Shown: positions 39,718 through 51,169 of the stretch, one piece after another
Numbering within the stretch: the first letter of the stretch is position 1
Layout: every line of letters begins with the position of its first letter
Origin: Cyanophyceae cyanobacterium
Lineage (GTDB): Bacteria > Cyanobacteriota > Cyanobacteriia > Cyanobacteriales > JBHJGN01
NCBI GenBank assembly: GCA_050331735.1
Contig: JBHJGN010000066.1
Span: forward strand, 1-64,000
Reading direction: 5' to 3'
DNA length: 64,000 nt
The notes under the pieces: model-generated
What the model saw: only the letters and a program-made list of their open reading frames with translations
What the model was told of the DNA's origin: nothing
Database searches by the model: none
Translations under genes and position numbers: made by a program

Positions 39718-40632
39718 TTAGGAGCGCTGCCCCTTGGCGCTTTGCCAGTCTTTTTCAACGCGGTCGATGCCGTAGAACCGTTTCCAGAACCGATCGGTGA
39801 CCCACGTTGGGAGCACTTTCGTCATCAGAAACAGCAACATCCGTCCTCCAGTGGCGGCTACGTAGCGCGGACGCGGGTGGCGGTCTGTGAGAGCGCGAAC
39901 GATGACTTGAGCCACTTTTGCGGGTTCCCAGCCCAATTTTTCCGTTTGCTGTTCGATTCCCGCTATTTTTTCAAAGACAGCTTGGTAGGGAGTTTTTTCG
40001 GGATGGGGCATGGTGCGCTCGGCTTGACGATTAGCGACCTCAAAAAACTTCGTTTTCACAGGGCCAGGCTCGACGACAATCGCGTGGATATTAAACGCCT
40101 TTAGCTCCATGCGCAACACATCCGTCAAAGCTTCTAGGGCAAATTTGGAAGCGCTATACAGTCCTCCAGCGGGAAACGCCATTCGTCCTCCAAGCGAACT
40201 GACGTTGATGATTCTGCCGCCACCTCGGTCACGCATGACCGGAATCAGAGCCTGAGTCAGCGCGAGCGGACCGTGAAAATTAACGGCAAACTGGCGCTTA
40301 GCGGCATCAGTGGGCACCATTTCAATCGGGCCCATCTGACCGTAACCAGCATTATTAATCACAGCATCGACCCGATCGAAATGGGCAACAGCTTTGTACG
40401 CGAGTGCTTTTGCCTGCTCTGTTTCCCCGATGTCTGTTGGAATCGCCAAGACATCGGCTCCTGCTTGGCGGCAGTCGGCTGCCACTTGCTCTAGCTGGTC
40501 TTGATGGCGAGCAGCGATCGCTAAACGAACCCCCCGATAGTTTGTTGCCAAGGTTCTCGCTAAAGCAGCGCCAATTCCAGTCGAGGCTCCGGTAATGAGT
40601 ATCACTTGTTCAGATAGAGGAATCGATGCCAT
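39718..40632 (-). CDS. Short-chain dehydrogenase/reductase
   Basis: TGASTGIG, NNAG, YSASK. Confidence 0.93.
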   Translation of the reverse strand: MASIPLSEQVILITGASTGIGAALARTLATNYRGVRLAIAARHQDQLEQVAADCRQAGADVLAIPTDIGETEQAKALAYKAVAHFDRVDAVINNAGYGQMGPIEMVPTDAAKRQFAVNFHGPLALTQALIPVMRDRGGGRIINVSSLGGRMAFPAGGLYSASKFALEALTDVLRMELKAFNIHAIVVEPGPVKTKFFEVANRQAERTMPHPEKTPYQAVFEKIAGIEQQTEKLGWEPAKVAQVIVRALTDRHPRPRYVAATGGRMLLFLMTKVLPTWVTDRFWKRFYGIDRVEKDWQSAKGQRS

Positions 40633-40817
40633 GAGTCATGCTTGTTCCAGGTCGTTTGTCCCTTATATCATTTTCTCGGGTAGGGATAGCAATTTTGTGA
40701 ATTCTGGGTACATTTTCTCTGCCAGCAGCGAATGAATCCTCGTTCTCAGCAAGACTGCCAGCCTCCGTGGCAGGAGGAGCCAGTGCTTCTGGTCAGTTTA
40801 GTTACCCCCATTGAGCC

Positions 40818-42209
40818 ATGAGCCGAGCAGGAGCTAACTCTCATCCATCTCAGTCGATTTTCAGCCCTCATCCCCAGTCCTGTCCCCCCAACCACCCTGC
40901 GGCTGAAACGCCAGCGTCAACGCCTTGTCGAGAACAGGCCGATGAAGTCGGGGCAGCAGCGCGCGCTCAGATGAAACGCCGTCAAGACCGTAACGAGCGA
41001 TGCCAGCGGCTTCGTGCCGGCGAGCGCCTCCCCAAGAGCTTAGCAGCCATCGGCACCGGACTTAGCTTAACGACAATCTTAGCCTACGGCTTGACTCGTC
41101 CTTGTGTGCTAGGGCCATGTCCTGCTGTTGCTCAGGCCAAGCAGTTAGCTCAAGTCAAGCCATCTGAGCTCAACCCATCCCGGCCCGATTTACAGCAGCT
41201 AGCGCAGACGGTCGAGCAGTTGGCAGCGATTCCCGCCTGGTCTCCCCATGCGGCGGAGGCCAATGCCCTCTTAGATGAGGCTGGCCAACTGGCCAGTCTA
41301 CAAACCATTGTCGCGGCTCAGGCGGATGTAGCCGAGGCGACCGGTTTATCAGCAGCGACTCAGATTCAGGTCGCGCAGCAGGCGATCGCTGCTTTGGAAA
41401 CGATTGCTGCTGATAGCAACCTATCTGAGCTGGCTCAAACCCAGATTCAGCAATACCAGCGCCAGATAGCCAGAATAAAGCAGGCCCAAACCGGGGTAGC
41501 CGCAGCGCGCTCCGCCGCAGAATTGGCTCAACTGCGTACTTCAGCAGCTCGCTCACTGTCCGACTGGCAGCTTGTGGAAGCGACTTGGAAAACCGCTATT
41601 CAGCGTCTCGAAGACGCGGCTGATACCACCCTCGCCGCTGAGAGTCAGCAACTCCTGAGCCGCTATTCCTCCGAGCTGCAAACCGTCCAGCAACGCCGTC
41701 AGCAAGAAGAACTGGCTCTCAACACTCACAATCAAGCAGCCGCGCTTGCCAAACGCGCTCTTGACTCAGAAGCAAATAATCAATGGTCCACCGCTGTGGC
41801 TCACTGGCGTAACGCTCTCAGCACCATTAAACAAATTCCTGAAGAAACCTCTCAGTACCAGCACTCTCACCCTTTAATCAACAGATATGCTGAGGCCTTA
41901 AAACAGGCCCAAGCGCATCAGCGCAACTACAGCGATCTTGGCCAAGTATGTTTCCAAGATATTTGTCGCTACTTGATCGAAAAACACCGCATCAAAATTT
42001 ACCTGTCGGAGGCGTATACCAAGCAGGTGCGGCAAACGGCCCTAGATGCTAAAGTCCGCAACAATCTCCAAGCGCAAGTTGATTTGCTCGACCACATCGC
42101 CAGCTTAGAAAAAGGGCTAGAAACGGTTGGTTATAATGCAGAGCTGCCGATTGAAGTATATAGTCCTCAAAAAGCTTTGCTGCTGATTCTCAAAAGCCAA
42201 AACAAGTAG
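40818..42209 (+). CDS. Hypothetical membrane-anchored alpha-helical protein
   Basis: 463-aa ORF, one TM followed by RPCVLGPC, A/Q-rich helices with W..A repeats. Confidence 0.7.
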   Translation: MSRAGANSHPSQSIFSPHPQSCPPNHPAAETPASTPCREQADEVGAAARAQMKRRQDRNERCQRLRAGERLPKSLAAIGTGLSLTTILAYGLTRPCVLGPCPAVAQAKQLAQVKPSELNPSRPDLQQLAQTVEQLAAIPAWSPHAAEANALLDEAGQLASLQTIVAAQADVAEATGLSAATQIQVAQQAIAALETIAADSNLSELAQTQIQQYQRQIARIKQAQTGVAAARSAAELAQLRTSAARSLSDWQLVEATWKTAIQRLEDAADTTLAAESQQLLSRYSSELQTVQQRRQQEELALNTHNQAAALAKRALDSEANNQWSTAVAHWRNALSTIKQIPEETSQYQHSHPLINRYAEALKQAQAHQRNYSDLGQVCFQDICRYLIEKHRIKIYLSEAYTKQVRQTALDAKVRNNLQAQVDLLDHIASLEKGLETVGYNAELPIEVYSPQKALLLILKSQNK

Positions 42210-42274
42210 CAACCTCATTTAATAGCGGTTATTAACTTTCGTATATCCCGCAGTCATCAGGGGGCAATGAACGC

Positions 42275-42653
42275 TCAAGAATCAACGATCAGCTCCATTG
42301 TATCTAGTTCTTGAGCGTCATAAATTCCTTCAAAGGCTTCTAATGAAGCTTTTCTTAACGCTGATTCATAAGCATCTGCTAACGTTTCTACTAATTCTGC
42401 TGTAGTCAGATAAGTCCCTTTCGCTTGATGCCGCTGATTAGTACACAGAGTTGAAAATTGAAGTTTCCCAAGATTTTGTTGTTCGGTTCTCGGCAGCTTT
42501 TTTAATTAGGTGTAGTAAAAGAATAATTCCGTAGCTAAAGATTTTGTTGAGCTTATCAGATTGACTCATCTCTTCTAATTCTTCCACCAGCTCTAAAGCT
42601 TCAGGGATTTTTCCTTGATGCAGTAATTCTTTGAGAGCAATTAATTCTTCCAT
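42275..42653 (-). pseudogene. DUF29 family protein, frameshifted
   Basis: MEELIALKELL…LLLHLIK…SWETSIFNSV stops at 42438; homologous-looking sequence (TNQRHQAKGTYL…LADAYESALRKASLEAFEG) continues in another frame to TGA at 42275. Confidence 0.75.
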
Positions 42654-42702
42654 CGGTTTTCCCCGTCATTAGCTACAGTGTTTGAACGAGCATGACAAAA
42701 AA

Positions 42703-43482
42703 TCAAGGCAACACCAGTTGAGCATCTCGGTTAAAGAATTTACGGTAAACTCCTGCCGTTACTAACGCCGTTGCCGCTAAATTAGTCAGCGCGATCGCAT
42801 AGAGAATCAACAGTTGATAGGAGGCGGCATTGAGAGGCTCGCTCCCCGCCAGAACCTGTCCAGTAAACATTCCCGGTAAGCTGACTAATCCGACCACCAG
42901 CATTTGATTGAAAGTGGGAATGAGGCTGACACCAATCGCTTCCCGGCGGTAAGAGGCGATCGCCTGCTGGGGTGTTGCTCCTAAACAGAGATGCGTTTCG
43001 ATTTCCAGGCGATTGTTGTTAATTTGGCTAACAAGACGTTCGCCTGCTAGAGAGGCTCCGTTCATAGCGTTGCCGAGGAGCAGGCCCATCAGCGGAATCA
43101 AATACTGAGGGTCATACCAAGCCAGGGGCTGCACGATCAGCGCTACAACATATCCCAACGTTAAGGCGCTACTCACCCCCAGGCTGCCCCACACTAAAGG
43201 CAGCAATCCGGGAATTTTCTGGCTGATGCGGTTACGCGCCACCATTGAGGCGACGGTAAGCATAATGCCCAAAACGATTAAAACAACCCAAAACTGATTC
43301 AGCGCAAACACAAACGCTAACCCGTAGCCCACTACCAAAAGCTGAAGCAGCGCTCGTCCGGCGGCAAAAACGAGCTGACCCTCCAGCCCCAGTTTCTGCC
43401 AAACAGACAGGACGACTGCTGCGCCAACGAGTCCCAAGGCCAGCGCTAGGTCAGCAAAATCCAGTTCAATGAGTTCGTTCAC
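42703..43482 (-). CDS. ABC transporter permease, FetB/YbbM (UPF0014) family
   Basis: RALLQLL.VGY, PQYLIPL.G..LGNAMN, LGAT, VGLVSLPGMFTGQ. Confidence 0.9.
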   Translation of the reverse strand: MNELIELDFADLALALGLVGAAVVLSVWQKLGLEGQLVFAAGRALLQLLVVGYGLAFVFALNQFWVVLIVLGIMLTVASMVARNRISQKIPGLLPLVWGSLGVSSALTLGYVVALIVQPLAWYDPQYLIPLMGLLLGNAMNGASLAGERLVSQINNNRLEIETHLCLGATPQQAIASYRREAIGVSLIPTFNQMLVVGLVSLPGMFTGQVLAGSEPLNAASYQLLILYAIALTNLAATALVTAGVYRKFFNRDAQLVLP

Positions 43483-43559
43483 AGCTTTGGTAAGTTTTGA
43501 TTGAATGAGGATAGATGAGAGATTAGTTTTTGTTGATTGTTGATGGTTGATGGGCTAAC

Positions 43560-46430
43560 TCACTCAGCCGCGTCTAAAATTTCGACCGTTCCCCTCTGGC
43601 CATCTAAGCGGATCTGCTGACCATCTTGAAGTACCTGGGTCGCGTCATGAACGTCCATGACGGCGGGAATGCCGTACTCGCGGGCGACAATGGCTCCGTG
43701 AGATAGACGACCGCCCACTTCTGATACGAGTCCGCCAGCGCGGGCTAACAGCGGCGACCAGCCGGAGTCGGTGTAGGGAACCACCAAAATCGTCTGCCGA
43801 TCGATGTCGGCCATATTTTCGAGAGTGTGAACGACTTTGACTCGCCCCTCTACCTGCCCAGGACTGGCGGCAATGCCCTGGAACTGCTGGTGAGAGGAGC
43901 GTGTTTGAGAAAACGTACTCACAGAGGGAGTGCCAAAGGTCACTAGCGGGGGGGTCAATTCCTGGTGCTGTTGAAACTGAATCTGTCTTTGCCGAATGAG
44001 CTCTGGGAGTGCCAGATCGTTCTCCTGAGCGATCGCCTGACGAATCTCGGCCCATTCTAAAAAGAAGATATCTTCAGCCTGCTCCAGCACACCGGTCTGT
44101 TGCCAGTGCTGAGCCAAGGCTAAAAAGCTCCAGCGCAGATGAGCGAGGAACTGGGAATAGAGTTCTGTGGCTTGACCCTTAAGGGTGAGTCGTTTTTGGA
44201 CAATTTCTGCCTTCCATCCCTGCGATTTGGGAGGAGAGGAGGGAGTCGGCGTCGCGAGCAGTTGAGCAAACAGCTCGCGCACAGGACGCGGATCTTCCCG
44301 CCAGCGAGGGACGGCAATATCAGTCGCGGCTTTGCTGAGATAGCCATAGCGGTTCAACCACTGCTGAAACTGCTCTAAAATATTTTCCCCATCCGGGCTT
44401 TCGGCGAGGTGAGCAAAGAGGGAGGCAGAACTAGCAGAGGCGAGTTGGTCCTTGGGCAGCAGATGACGCGTCTCGACAGCAAGGCGGCTCAGAGAACGCA
44501 GCGAAGCAATTTCTGGAGTTTGAGAGCTATCAAGGTCAGTTTCGGAAACCTTCAGCACCGTCTGCCGCAGCGCCAAACTGAGAGGAGCCAGAATGCTGTA
44601 GTAGGTTGCCCGCTTGAGCACGTCAAGAATAGTTTCGATCCGGCTGAGAAGAGCTTCCGCCGACAGATGAGCCACAGGCTGTTCCTGCAAGTCATCGAGG
44701 GTAGCGGCAAAATAGCGATCCTTGTCGCGCTCAAAGTCCTGTTCAAGCCGCCATTCTCGCTGGAGCAGTCGTAGCAAGCCCGGTAGGTTGTGCAGCGTAG
44801 ACAGCAGCGGCGGTTTGGTCATCTTCGCGCCTCGAGTCAGAAACTCCAGGCTTTCTGGGGGGAGCCCCATGCGGCGGAAAATTTTCCCCAGCAGAGTGGC
44901 GTTGAAGTACGCTCGAGAAAAGTGGAGGGTGGCCGTTTGGGAAAAATCAAGCTCTGAAGCTCGTTTGCCGAGCACAATGGTAAAAATTTCCCCCCACACG
45001 CCACAGGTCAGCGGTTGATTAATCGACCAGGTGAGCGGTCGAATGATGCCGGGAATGACTTCTGACGCGATCTTGCGCGTCCAAATTGGCTGGAGCGTCG
45101 TAATCGGTCGCGCCTGCAGAACCCAGAGCTGCTGACCATCGTAGGTCCACTCGATGTCCTGGGGAATGCCGTGATAGCGGTCTTCGATTTCTCTGGCGAG
45201 TTGAGCAACTGACTGCAATAATTCGGCAGGCATCCTGTCGTCTAGATTAGCTGAGTCCCAACGACTCACAGCAAGTTCTGGCTCCTGGAGCTGGACTCGA
45301 TACTGATGGGGCGTTGCTTTGCCAGAAACGACTTGAGCCGCATCCCCCGGTAGAGCCTCAATGACCACCGCTGAGTCGAGCTGATCGAGGGGGTTACGGC
45401 TGAAAGCAACGCCGGAAAAAGCCCCCCGAATTTGCTGCTGGACAATCACCGCCATCGCGCTGTCCTCCTGATGTCGCTCCCGACGATACTGCACGGCTGC
45501 CGGGTTGTTGTAGGAAGCCAGACAGTCGAAAATCGCCGTTTGTAAAGATAGGCGATCGCTGACGTTTAAAACCGTGGTGTATTGTCCCGCCGCCGAGGCG
45601 GTTTCTGAGTCTTCTCCCAGAGCGGACGAGCGCACAACCACCGGAGACTCAACGGTGGGAGCGAAGAACTCGAGCAGCGGCTTTGGGTCATCTCCGGCGG
45701 GAAGCACCCAGCCATCGGGAACAGCATAGCCCCAGCGCTTTAGTTGAGACAGGGTAGCTGCCTTTTGGCCAACTTGATGGGCATCGAGAGGATCATCGAG
45801 AGAGCGTAGGGCGCGATCGCCGCGAAAGAAGCGAAACACTTTTTGAGACTCCGGGTTTGAGTGAGTAGCAGAGAGATTTAGGTCGTCAGGAATTTGGGAG
45901 TAGATCCAGGCGAGCAGACCAGCGAGAATCATCGCGGCCCCAATTCGTTCGGGTTGAGGATGCCGCAGCGCTAAGATGAGAACAAACAACACAAGCGCCC
46001 CGAGACGCCCAGAAGTACGGTGGCGGAAAATAGTGAAGCTAATGCCTGCGATCAGAAACACTAAACCGGCTGTGATGGGGTCGTGGACGGCAATGCCCCA
46101 AATAACGTTGGTGGTTCCCGCTCCTTTGGCCCTCCAGTATCGTCCGATGACGAGGGCAATGAGGGCAACCAGTTCCCAAACCGGATCGGTTGGGAAAAAA
46201 GCCCGCGCTAGCAGGACGGCCCCAATCCCTTTGAGCGCTTCAGACAGCACGGCCAAAATCCCGACTAGTTTACCGCCATGATAGAAAGCCGCCGACACAG
46301 AAACGTTGCCCGTGCCTGCTGCCTGAAGAGACTGTCCGGCGAGCGCCCGCGCGATCCAGTCAATTAGGGGTAACCCCCCAATGAGAGGGCAAAGGATAAA
46401 GATGACTAACGAACCCCAAACCTGCGTCAT
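43560..46430 (-). CDS. PlsY-like membrane domain fused to PPDK_N ATP-grasp and PEP-utilising phospho-His domains
   Basis: GTGNVSVSAAF…EALKG; VGQKA, VRSSA..ED…SAAGQY, QDIEW, LQARPIT; GGRLSHGAIVAREYGIPAV. Confidence 0.85.
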   Translation of the reverse strand: MTQVWGSLVIFILCPLIGGLPLIDWIARALAGQSLQAAGTGNVSVSAAFYHGGKLVGILAVLSEALKGIGAVLLARAFFPTDPVWELVALIALVIGRYWRAKGAGTTNVIWGIAVHDPITAGLVFLIAGISFTIFRHRTSGRLGALVLFVLILALRHPQPERIGAAMILAGLLAWIYSQIPDDLNLSATHSNPESQKVFRFFRGDRALRSLDDPLDAHQVGQKAATLSQLKRWGYAVPDGWVLPAGDDPKPLLEFFAPTVESPVVVRSSALGEDSETASAAGQYTTVLNVSDRLSLQTAIFDCLASYNNPAAVQYRRERHQEDSAMAVIVQQQIRGAFSGVAFSRNPLDQLDSAVVIEALPGDAAQVVSGKATPHQYRVQLQEPELAVSRWDSANLDDRMPAELLQSVAQLAREIEDRYHGIPQDIEWTYDGQQLWVLQARPITTLQPIWTRKIASEVIPGIIRPLTWSINQPLTCGVWGEIFTIVLGKRASELDFSQTATLHFSRAYFNATLLGKIFRRMGLPPESLEFLTRGAKMTKPPLLSTLHNLPGLLRLLQREWRLEQDFERDKDRYFAATLDDLQEQPVAHLSAEALLSRIETILDVLKRATYYSILAPLSLALRQTVLKVSETDLDSSQTPEIASLRSLSRLAVETRHLLPKDQLASASSASLFAHLAESPDGENILEQFQQWLNRYGYLSKAATDIAVPRWREDPRPVRELFAQLLATPTPSSPPKSQGWKAEIVQKRLTLKGQATELYSQFLAHLRWSFLALAQHWQQTGVLEQAEDIFFLEWAEIRQAIAQENDLALPELIRQRQIQFQQHQELTPPLVTFGTPSVSTFSQTRSSHQQFQGIAASPGQVEGRVKVVHTLENMADIDRQTILVVPYTDSGWSPLLARAGGLVSEVGGRLSHGAIVAREYGIPAVMDVHDATQVLQDGQQIRLDGQRGTVEILDAAE

Positions 46431-46466
46431 GGGAATTAAGTAAACCGTATCAGTTTCTATTCAATT

Positions 46467-47525
46467 ATGACCGATGAACGACCAGCCTCCCCTTCACTGA
46501 GTAACGGGAACCTTGTTCTCACCTTAGGCGATCCGGCAGGAATTGGACCAGAGGTAGTCCTGAAAGCATTAGCCCACTGCGCTCTGCCGATCGCGGTGGT
46601 CGGCAGCCGAGCGCTGCTTTGGCAGTGCTACGAACAGCTCCGCCAGCGCCCTACCTATCGTGAGGGGAGCTTAGCCCACCCAGATGAGCTAACGATCCTC
46701 GATGTTCCGGTGGATGCCACTTTAGAGTCAATCCAGGGCCGGGGCAGTGCCGTTAGTGGAGCGGCAAGCTTTGCCTCCCTCGACGAGGCGATCGCCCGCA
46801 CCATCAGGGGAGAATTTGCGGGAATTGTGACGGCTCCCATCGCCAAATCCGCCTGGAAAGAAGCCGGACACCACTACCCCGGGCAAACAGAAGTGCTGGC
46901 GCACCGCGCCGGAGTGGACAAGTTTGGGATGCTGTTTGTGGCGCGATCGCCTCATACGGGCTGGACGCTACGCACTCTGTTAGCAACCACTCACATTCCA
47001 CTCCGTCAGGTTCCCCAAGCCCTCACTCCTGAACTAATGTCTCTCAAGCTGGAGCTGCTCGTCCACTGTCTGAAAACCGATTTTGGCCTCGAAGCCCCCC
47101 GAATTGTCGTGTCTGGCCTCAATCCCCACAGCGGCGAACAGGGCCAACTCGGCTTGGAAGAACGCGACTGGCTGATTCCCTGGCTGGCTCAGGCGCAGCG
47201 TCAGTATCCCCGAATTGAGCTGAGTGGTCCTGTCCCGCCTGATACTCTGTGGGTCAAACCCGGACAGGCGTGGTACGGTGGTTCTGCTCGGGCAGCCGAT
47301 GGCTATCTGGCGCTCTATCACGACCAAGGCCTGATCCCAGTAAAATTAATGGCGTTCGACCGCGCCGTTAACACCACCATTGGTTTGCCCTTTGTCCGAA
47401 CCTCTCCTGACCACGGAACCGCGTTCGATATTGCTGGGAAAGGCATTGCCGATGCCACCTCGATGCTGGAGGCGATTCAGTTAGCGATGGAGTTGGTCAA
47501 GCAGAGGATGTCAGCCTATCTATAG
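46467..47525 (+). CDS. pdxA: 4-hydroxythreonine-4-phosphate dehydrogenase
   Basis: [45 protein letters not shown]. Confidence 0.96.
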   Translation: MTDERPASPSLSNGNLVLTLGDPAGIGPEVVLKALAHCALPIAVVGSRALLWQCYEQLRQRPTYREGSLAHPDELTILDVPVDATLESIQGRGSAVSGAASFASLDEAIARTIRGEFAGIVTAPIAKSAWKEAGHHYPGQTEVLAHRAGVDKFGMLFVARSPHTGWTLRTLLATTHIPLRQVPQALTPELMSLKLELLVHCLKTDFGLEAPRIVVSGLNPHSGEQGQLGLEERDWLIPWLAQAQRQYPRIELSGPVPPDTLWVKPGQAWYGGSARAADGYLALYHDQGLIPVKLMAFDRAVNTTIGLPFVRTSPDHGTAFDIAGKGIADATSMLEAIQLAMELVKQRMSAYL

Positions 47526-47812
47526 AAAAGTAAAAACTGCTCTGAATAAGCTTTCCAAGTTTCCTTCAAAAGAGGAGCAATCAGATTTTCGCAAATTGCG
47601 GACTCTGAATTGTTGGCCACGCTATCCCGCACGAAGCTCAGTAAATCGTCGCGAAAAAAAGTTAGCTTCCCGGTAGAACATCTGAAAATCTTTGACCACT
47701 GCTCTGACGGTTTTACAGGTGCTGAAAGGCATGGCCTGCTTGGATGGCTTCAACTAAGTGCTTTAAAATATGAGCGAAAAGGATTCACTTTTGAACTGGC
47801 TCCCCAACTAGT

Positions 47813-48982
47813 ATGAAAACCTGGCTGCAACCTCCTCGCCTGCGCATTCATGAAGACGATCAGCCCCGTCATGCTACCTGGCTAGAACTATTTTACGATC
47901 TGCTGTTTGTGGTAGCAGTATCTCAGCTTGCCCATAACCTCAGTCAGGATGTTTCTGTTGTCGGGTTTTTCAGCTTTGTCGCTCTATTTCTGCCGGTATG
48001 GTGGGCCTGGATCGGCACGACATTTTACGCCAACCGCTTTGATAGCGACGACAGCGGACGGCGGCTGCTGATGGGGCTACAGATGTTGGCTATAGCAGCC
48101 CTTGCTGTTAACATCCATCACGGTTTGGGAGAAACTTCTTTTGGCTTTGCGCTGTCCTACGCCGCCGCGAGATTTATTTTGGTGTTTGAGTATCTGTGGG
48201 CGGGCAAGCATATTCCCACAGCGCGAGGACTCGCCTACTATTATGCAGGCGGGTTTGCGATCGCCGCTGCTATCTGGCTCGTGTCTGCCTGGGTTCCGAT
48301 GCCGTTTCGCTTCATTCTGTGGGCGATTGGATTAGCAATCGACTTTGCTACCCCGCTGACGGCTCAGAAGTATCAGCGCCAACTGCTTCCTCATCTAGAA
48401 CACTTGCCGGAACGGTTTGGACTGTTTGTGATTATTGTTTTAGGAGAAGCTATTATTGCGGTTGTTAGCGGCATTGCTGAGGTAAACTGGCAGGCGATGT
48501 GTGCGCTAGCAGCCATTTTTGGCTTTGTCATTGCCTTTAGTTTGTGGTGGCTGTATTTTGAAAACGTCGGCGGAGCCTCCCTGCGTAAGGCGGGAACCGC
48601 TGGACGCATCTTTATTTTTCAAGTTTGGCTCTACGCTCATCTGCCTCTGGTGATGGGCCTTGCTGCCACAGGAGTGGGGGTAGAACACGTGATTATCAGT
48701 AGCCAAGAGAATCAAGCTTTGCCCAGTGCTGAGCGCTGGCTCATGTGCGGTTCTGTTGCGCTATGCTTTTTGTCGTTGGGGCTGCTTCACCGCACCGGAA
48801 TCATTAAACTTTGTAAAATGCGCACTCGGCATCGCTTGGGGGCAGTGGGAGTGCTGTTAGGGCTCGCCATTGCTGGCATCAATTTGCTTCCGCTTACGGT
48901 GATTGCGATTGTCGCCATCATTTGCCTCGGCGAAGTCTTGCTCGATATTTATCAGGGAAGACCCGTTGTCACTGAACAATGA
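47813..48982 (+). CDS. Low temperature requirement protein A (LtrA) family
   Basis: ATWLELFYDL.FV, WWAW, ERFGLFVIIVLGE. Confidence 0.9.
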   Translation: MKTWLQPPRLRIHEDDQPRHATWLELFYDLLFVVAVSQLAHNLSQDVSVVGFFSFVALFLPVWWAWIGTTFYANRFDSDDSGRRLLMGLQMLAIAALAVNIHHGLGETSFGFALSYAAARFILVFEYLWAGKHIPTARGLAYYYAGGFAIAAAIWLVSAWVPMPFRFILWAIGLAIDFATPLTAQKYQRQLLPHLEHLPERFGLFVIIVLGEAIIAVVSGIAEVNWQAMCALAAIFGFVIAFSLWWLYFENVGGASLRKAGTAGRIFIFQVWLYAHLPLVMGLAATGVGVEHVIISSQENQALPSAERWLMCGSVALCFLSLGLLHRTGIIKLCKMRTRHRLGAVGVLLGLAIAGINLLPLTVIAIVAIICLGEVLLDIYQGRPVVTEQ

Positions 48983-49102
48983 GCAGTGACCAATAAGCCA
49001 TGAAGGCTGTTGGTGGCTGTTATCCTCCAGTTGCCGAGGGAGAAAGCTAAGATAGAGATCCTGGGATTAAGAACAGCAGAATATTATTTTGTCGCTACCC
49101 TT

Positions 49103-49534
49103 ATGCTGAATGCAACGGTCCTCTGGCTCATTGCTGGAATGATTCTCTGTTTGATGGAGTTCACCATCCCAACAGCATTTGTGGAGTTTATGTTGGGCAT
49201 TGCCGCCCTTTTGGTGGCGGCCATCTCGCTCTTTGTGCCTCAGTTTAGTGTGCAGGTGGTGCTGTGGATTGTTCTGTCAACGGCTCTTATTTTCCTGTCG
49301 CGGCGCTTTTTTACGCCTAAACGGAGGGCTGTGAGGGCGGACGAGGATCGAGAAGGCAAAACGCTCACTGAAATTTATCCAGGAGAAACGGGCAGAATTT
49401 TGTATGAGGGCAACTCTTGGCGAGCTAAGTGTGCTGATGAAGCCATGGCGATCGCCCCGAACCAAAAGGTTTATATTGTCGGGCGGGAGGGCAATACGTT
49501 GGTGGTGTTACCCCGCAGCTTACTAGATAGTTAA
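49103..49534 (+). CDS. NfeD family membrane protein
   Basis: TM helices plus OB-fold [10 protein letters not shown]; adjacent to an SPFH gene. Confidence 0.88.
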   Translation: MLNATVLWLIAGMILCLMEFTIPTAFVEFMLGIAALLVAAISLFVPQFSVQVVLWIVLSTALIFLSRRFFTPKRRAVRADEDREGKTLTEIYPGETGRILYEGNSWRAKCADEAMAIAPNQKVYIVGREGNTLVVLPRSLLDS

Positions 49535-49550
49535 TGAGAGGAACCGAGAC

Positions 49551-50555
49551 ATGGAACAGCTATTTGCAATTGTATTTTTAGTGTTGGCCGGTTCAGGATT
49601 GGCGGGATCTGTCAAAATTGTCAATGAGAAACATGAGTATCTAGTCGAAAGCCTCGGCAGCTACAAAAAGAAACTAGAACCCGGCCTAAACTTTACCATT
49701 CCATTCGTCGATCAGGTTGTCTATAAAGACACCATCCGCGAGAAGGTGCTTGACATTCCGCCCCAGTCGTGCATTACCCGGGATAACGTGGCCATCAGCG
49801 TTGATGCCGTGATCTACTGGCGGATCGTCGATATGTATAAAGCCTATTACAAGGTGGAAAATCTCAAAAAAGCAATTGAAAACCTAGTGCTGACCCAGAT
49901 TCGCTCCGAGATGGGCAAGCTAGAGCTAGACGAAACTTTTACTGCCCGTTCAGAAATCAACGAAATCCTGCTGCGGGAACTCGATATCGCCACCGATCCG
50001 TGGGGAGTGAAAGTGACTAGAGTGGAACTCCGGGACATCATGCCCTCCAAAGCTGTACAGGATTCAATGGAGCTACAGATGGCGGCAGAAAGAAGGAAAC
50101 GAGCAGCCATTTTAACGTCAGAAGGAGATAGAGATTCCGCCATCAACTCGGCAGAAGGAAAAGCCGAAGCACGGCTGTTAGAAGCCGAAGCCGCCAAAAA
50201 ATCAGCGATTTTAGAGGCCCAAGCTCAAAAAGAAGCAATTGTTCTTAGAGCCGAAGCAGAACGCGCCGAGCAAGTTCTCAGAGCCCAGGCGGTTTCCCAA
50301 GCTATGGAGCTAGTCACCGAAAAGCTCAACACCGACCCGACGACCCGTGAATCTCTGCAATTTCTGCTGACGCAGAATTACCTGGAGATGGGCAAGGCCA
50401 TTGGCAGCAGCGAGAGCAGCAAAGTGATGTTCATGGACCCCCAGAGTATCGTTTCCACCATTGAGGGCATGCGAGCGGTGATTGGAGACGGTAAAAGCAA
50501 GACTCCTCTGGAGCTAGATTTAGAAAAGATCGAGCGTTATCCTAAAGAGCAATAG
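49551..50555 (+). CDS. SPFH/stomatin-like (band 7) protein
   Basis: [35 protein letters not shown]. Confidence 0.93.
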   Translation: MEQLFAIVFLVLAGSGLAGSVKIVNEKHEYLVESLGSYKKKLEPGLNFTIPFVDQVVYKDTIREKVLDIPPQSCITRDNVAISVDAVIYWRIVDMYKAYYKVENLKKAIENLVLTQIRSEMGKLELDETFTARSEINEILLRELDIATDPWGVKVTRVELRDIMPSKAVQDSMELQMAAERRKRAAILTSEGDRDSAINSAEGKAEARLLEAEAAKKSAILEAQAQKEAIVLRAEAERAEQVLRAQAVSQAMELVTEKLNTDPTTRESLQFLLTQNYLEMGKAIGSSESSKVMFMDPQSIVSTIEGMRAVIGDGKSKTPLELDLEKIERYPKEQ

Positions 50556-50680
50556 CTCTGAGCCGTTAGCTAGTGAGCGAGCAGAAAAGCTCAAAGCGAG
50601 TAGCAACCCGCTTCACCTGCCACAGATCGACTCTTAAACTCAAGCAACAAGCTATAGACGGTTGGAGTGCAAGCGGATTG

Positions 50681-51169
50681 TTATTCTGCAATCGCTCTAG
50701 TTGAAGAAGACTGCCATAGTTCATATTTCATAATCAGTTCTCCATCTTCATCCATCTCACCCGTGGATGTGAAGCCCATCTTTTTATAAAACTCTTCGGG
50801 ACTTCCTTCACCGGGAACACAGCTTGTCGTTAACATCTTTGCTCCTGGGCGTGTTTTGACGTATTCGAGCACCAACTCTAAAGCGCGTTTGCCAAACCCG
50901 CGTCTTTGAAACCGTGCATCAATCATGAATCGCCAAAGCGCATACAATGACTTAACCGGATCATCATCTAGCAGGACAAAACCAACGGGTGTTTCATCGG
51001 CATAAATTGCTCGAAACCAGGTAACATCGGGATAAAAATGAGCTTGGGCAATAGACACTGCATTAGAAGCAATAAAGTTTTCTTGCTCACTAGTGACCTT
51101 CAAATCAAGGATGTCGTCAAGATTTTCTTGAGTAACTTCCTGTAATGTAATGACTGCCATCAGTTGCAT
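50681..51169 (-). CDS. GNAT N-acetyltransferase (spermidine acetyltransferase-like)
   Basis: RFMIDARFQRRGFG, FYKKMGF. Confidence 0.88.
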   Translation of the reverse strand: MQLMAVITLQEVTQENLDDILDLKVTSEQENFIASNAVSIAQAHFYPDVTWFRAIYADETPVGFVLLDDDPVKSLYALWRFMIDARFQRRGFGKRALELVLEYVKTRPGAKMLTTSCVPGEGSPEEFYKKMGFTSTGEMDEDGELIMKYELWQSSSTRAIAE

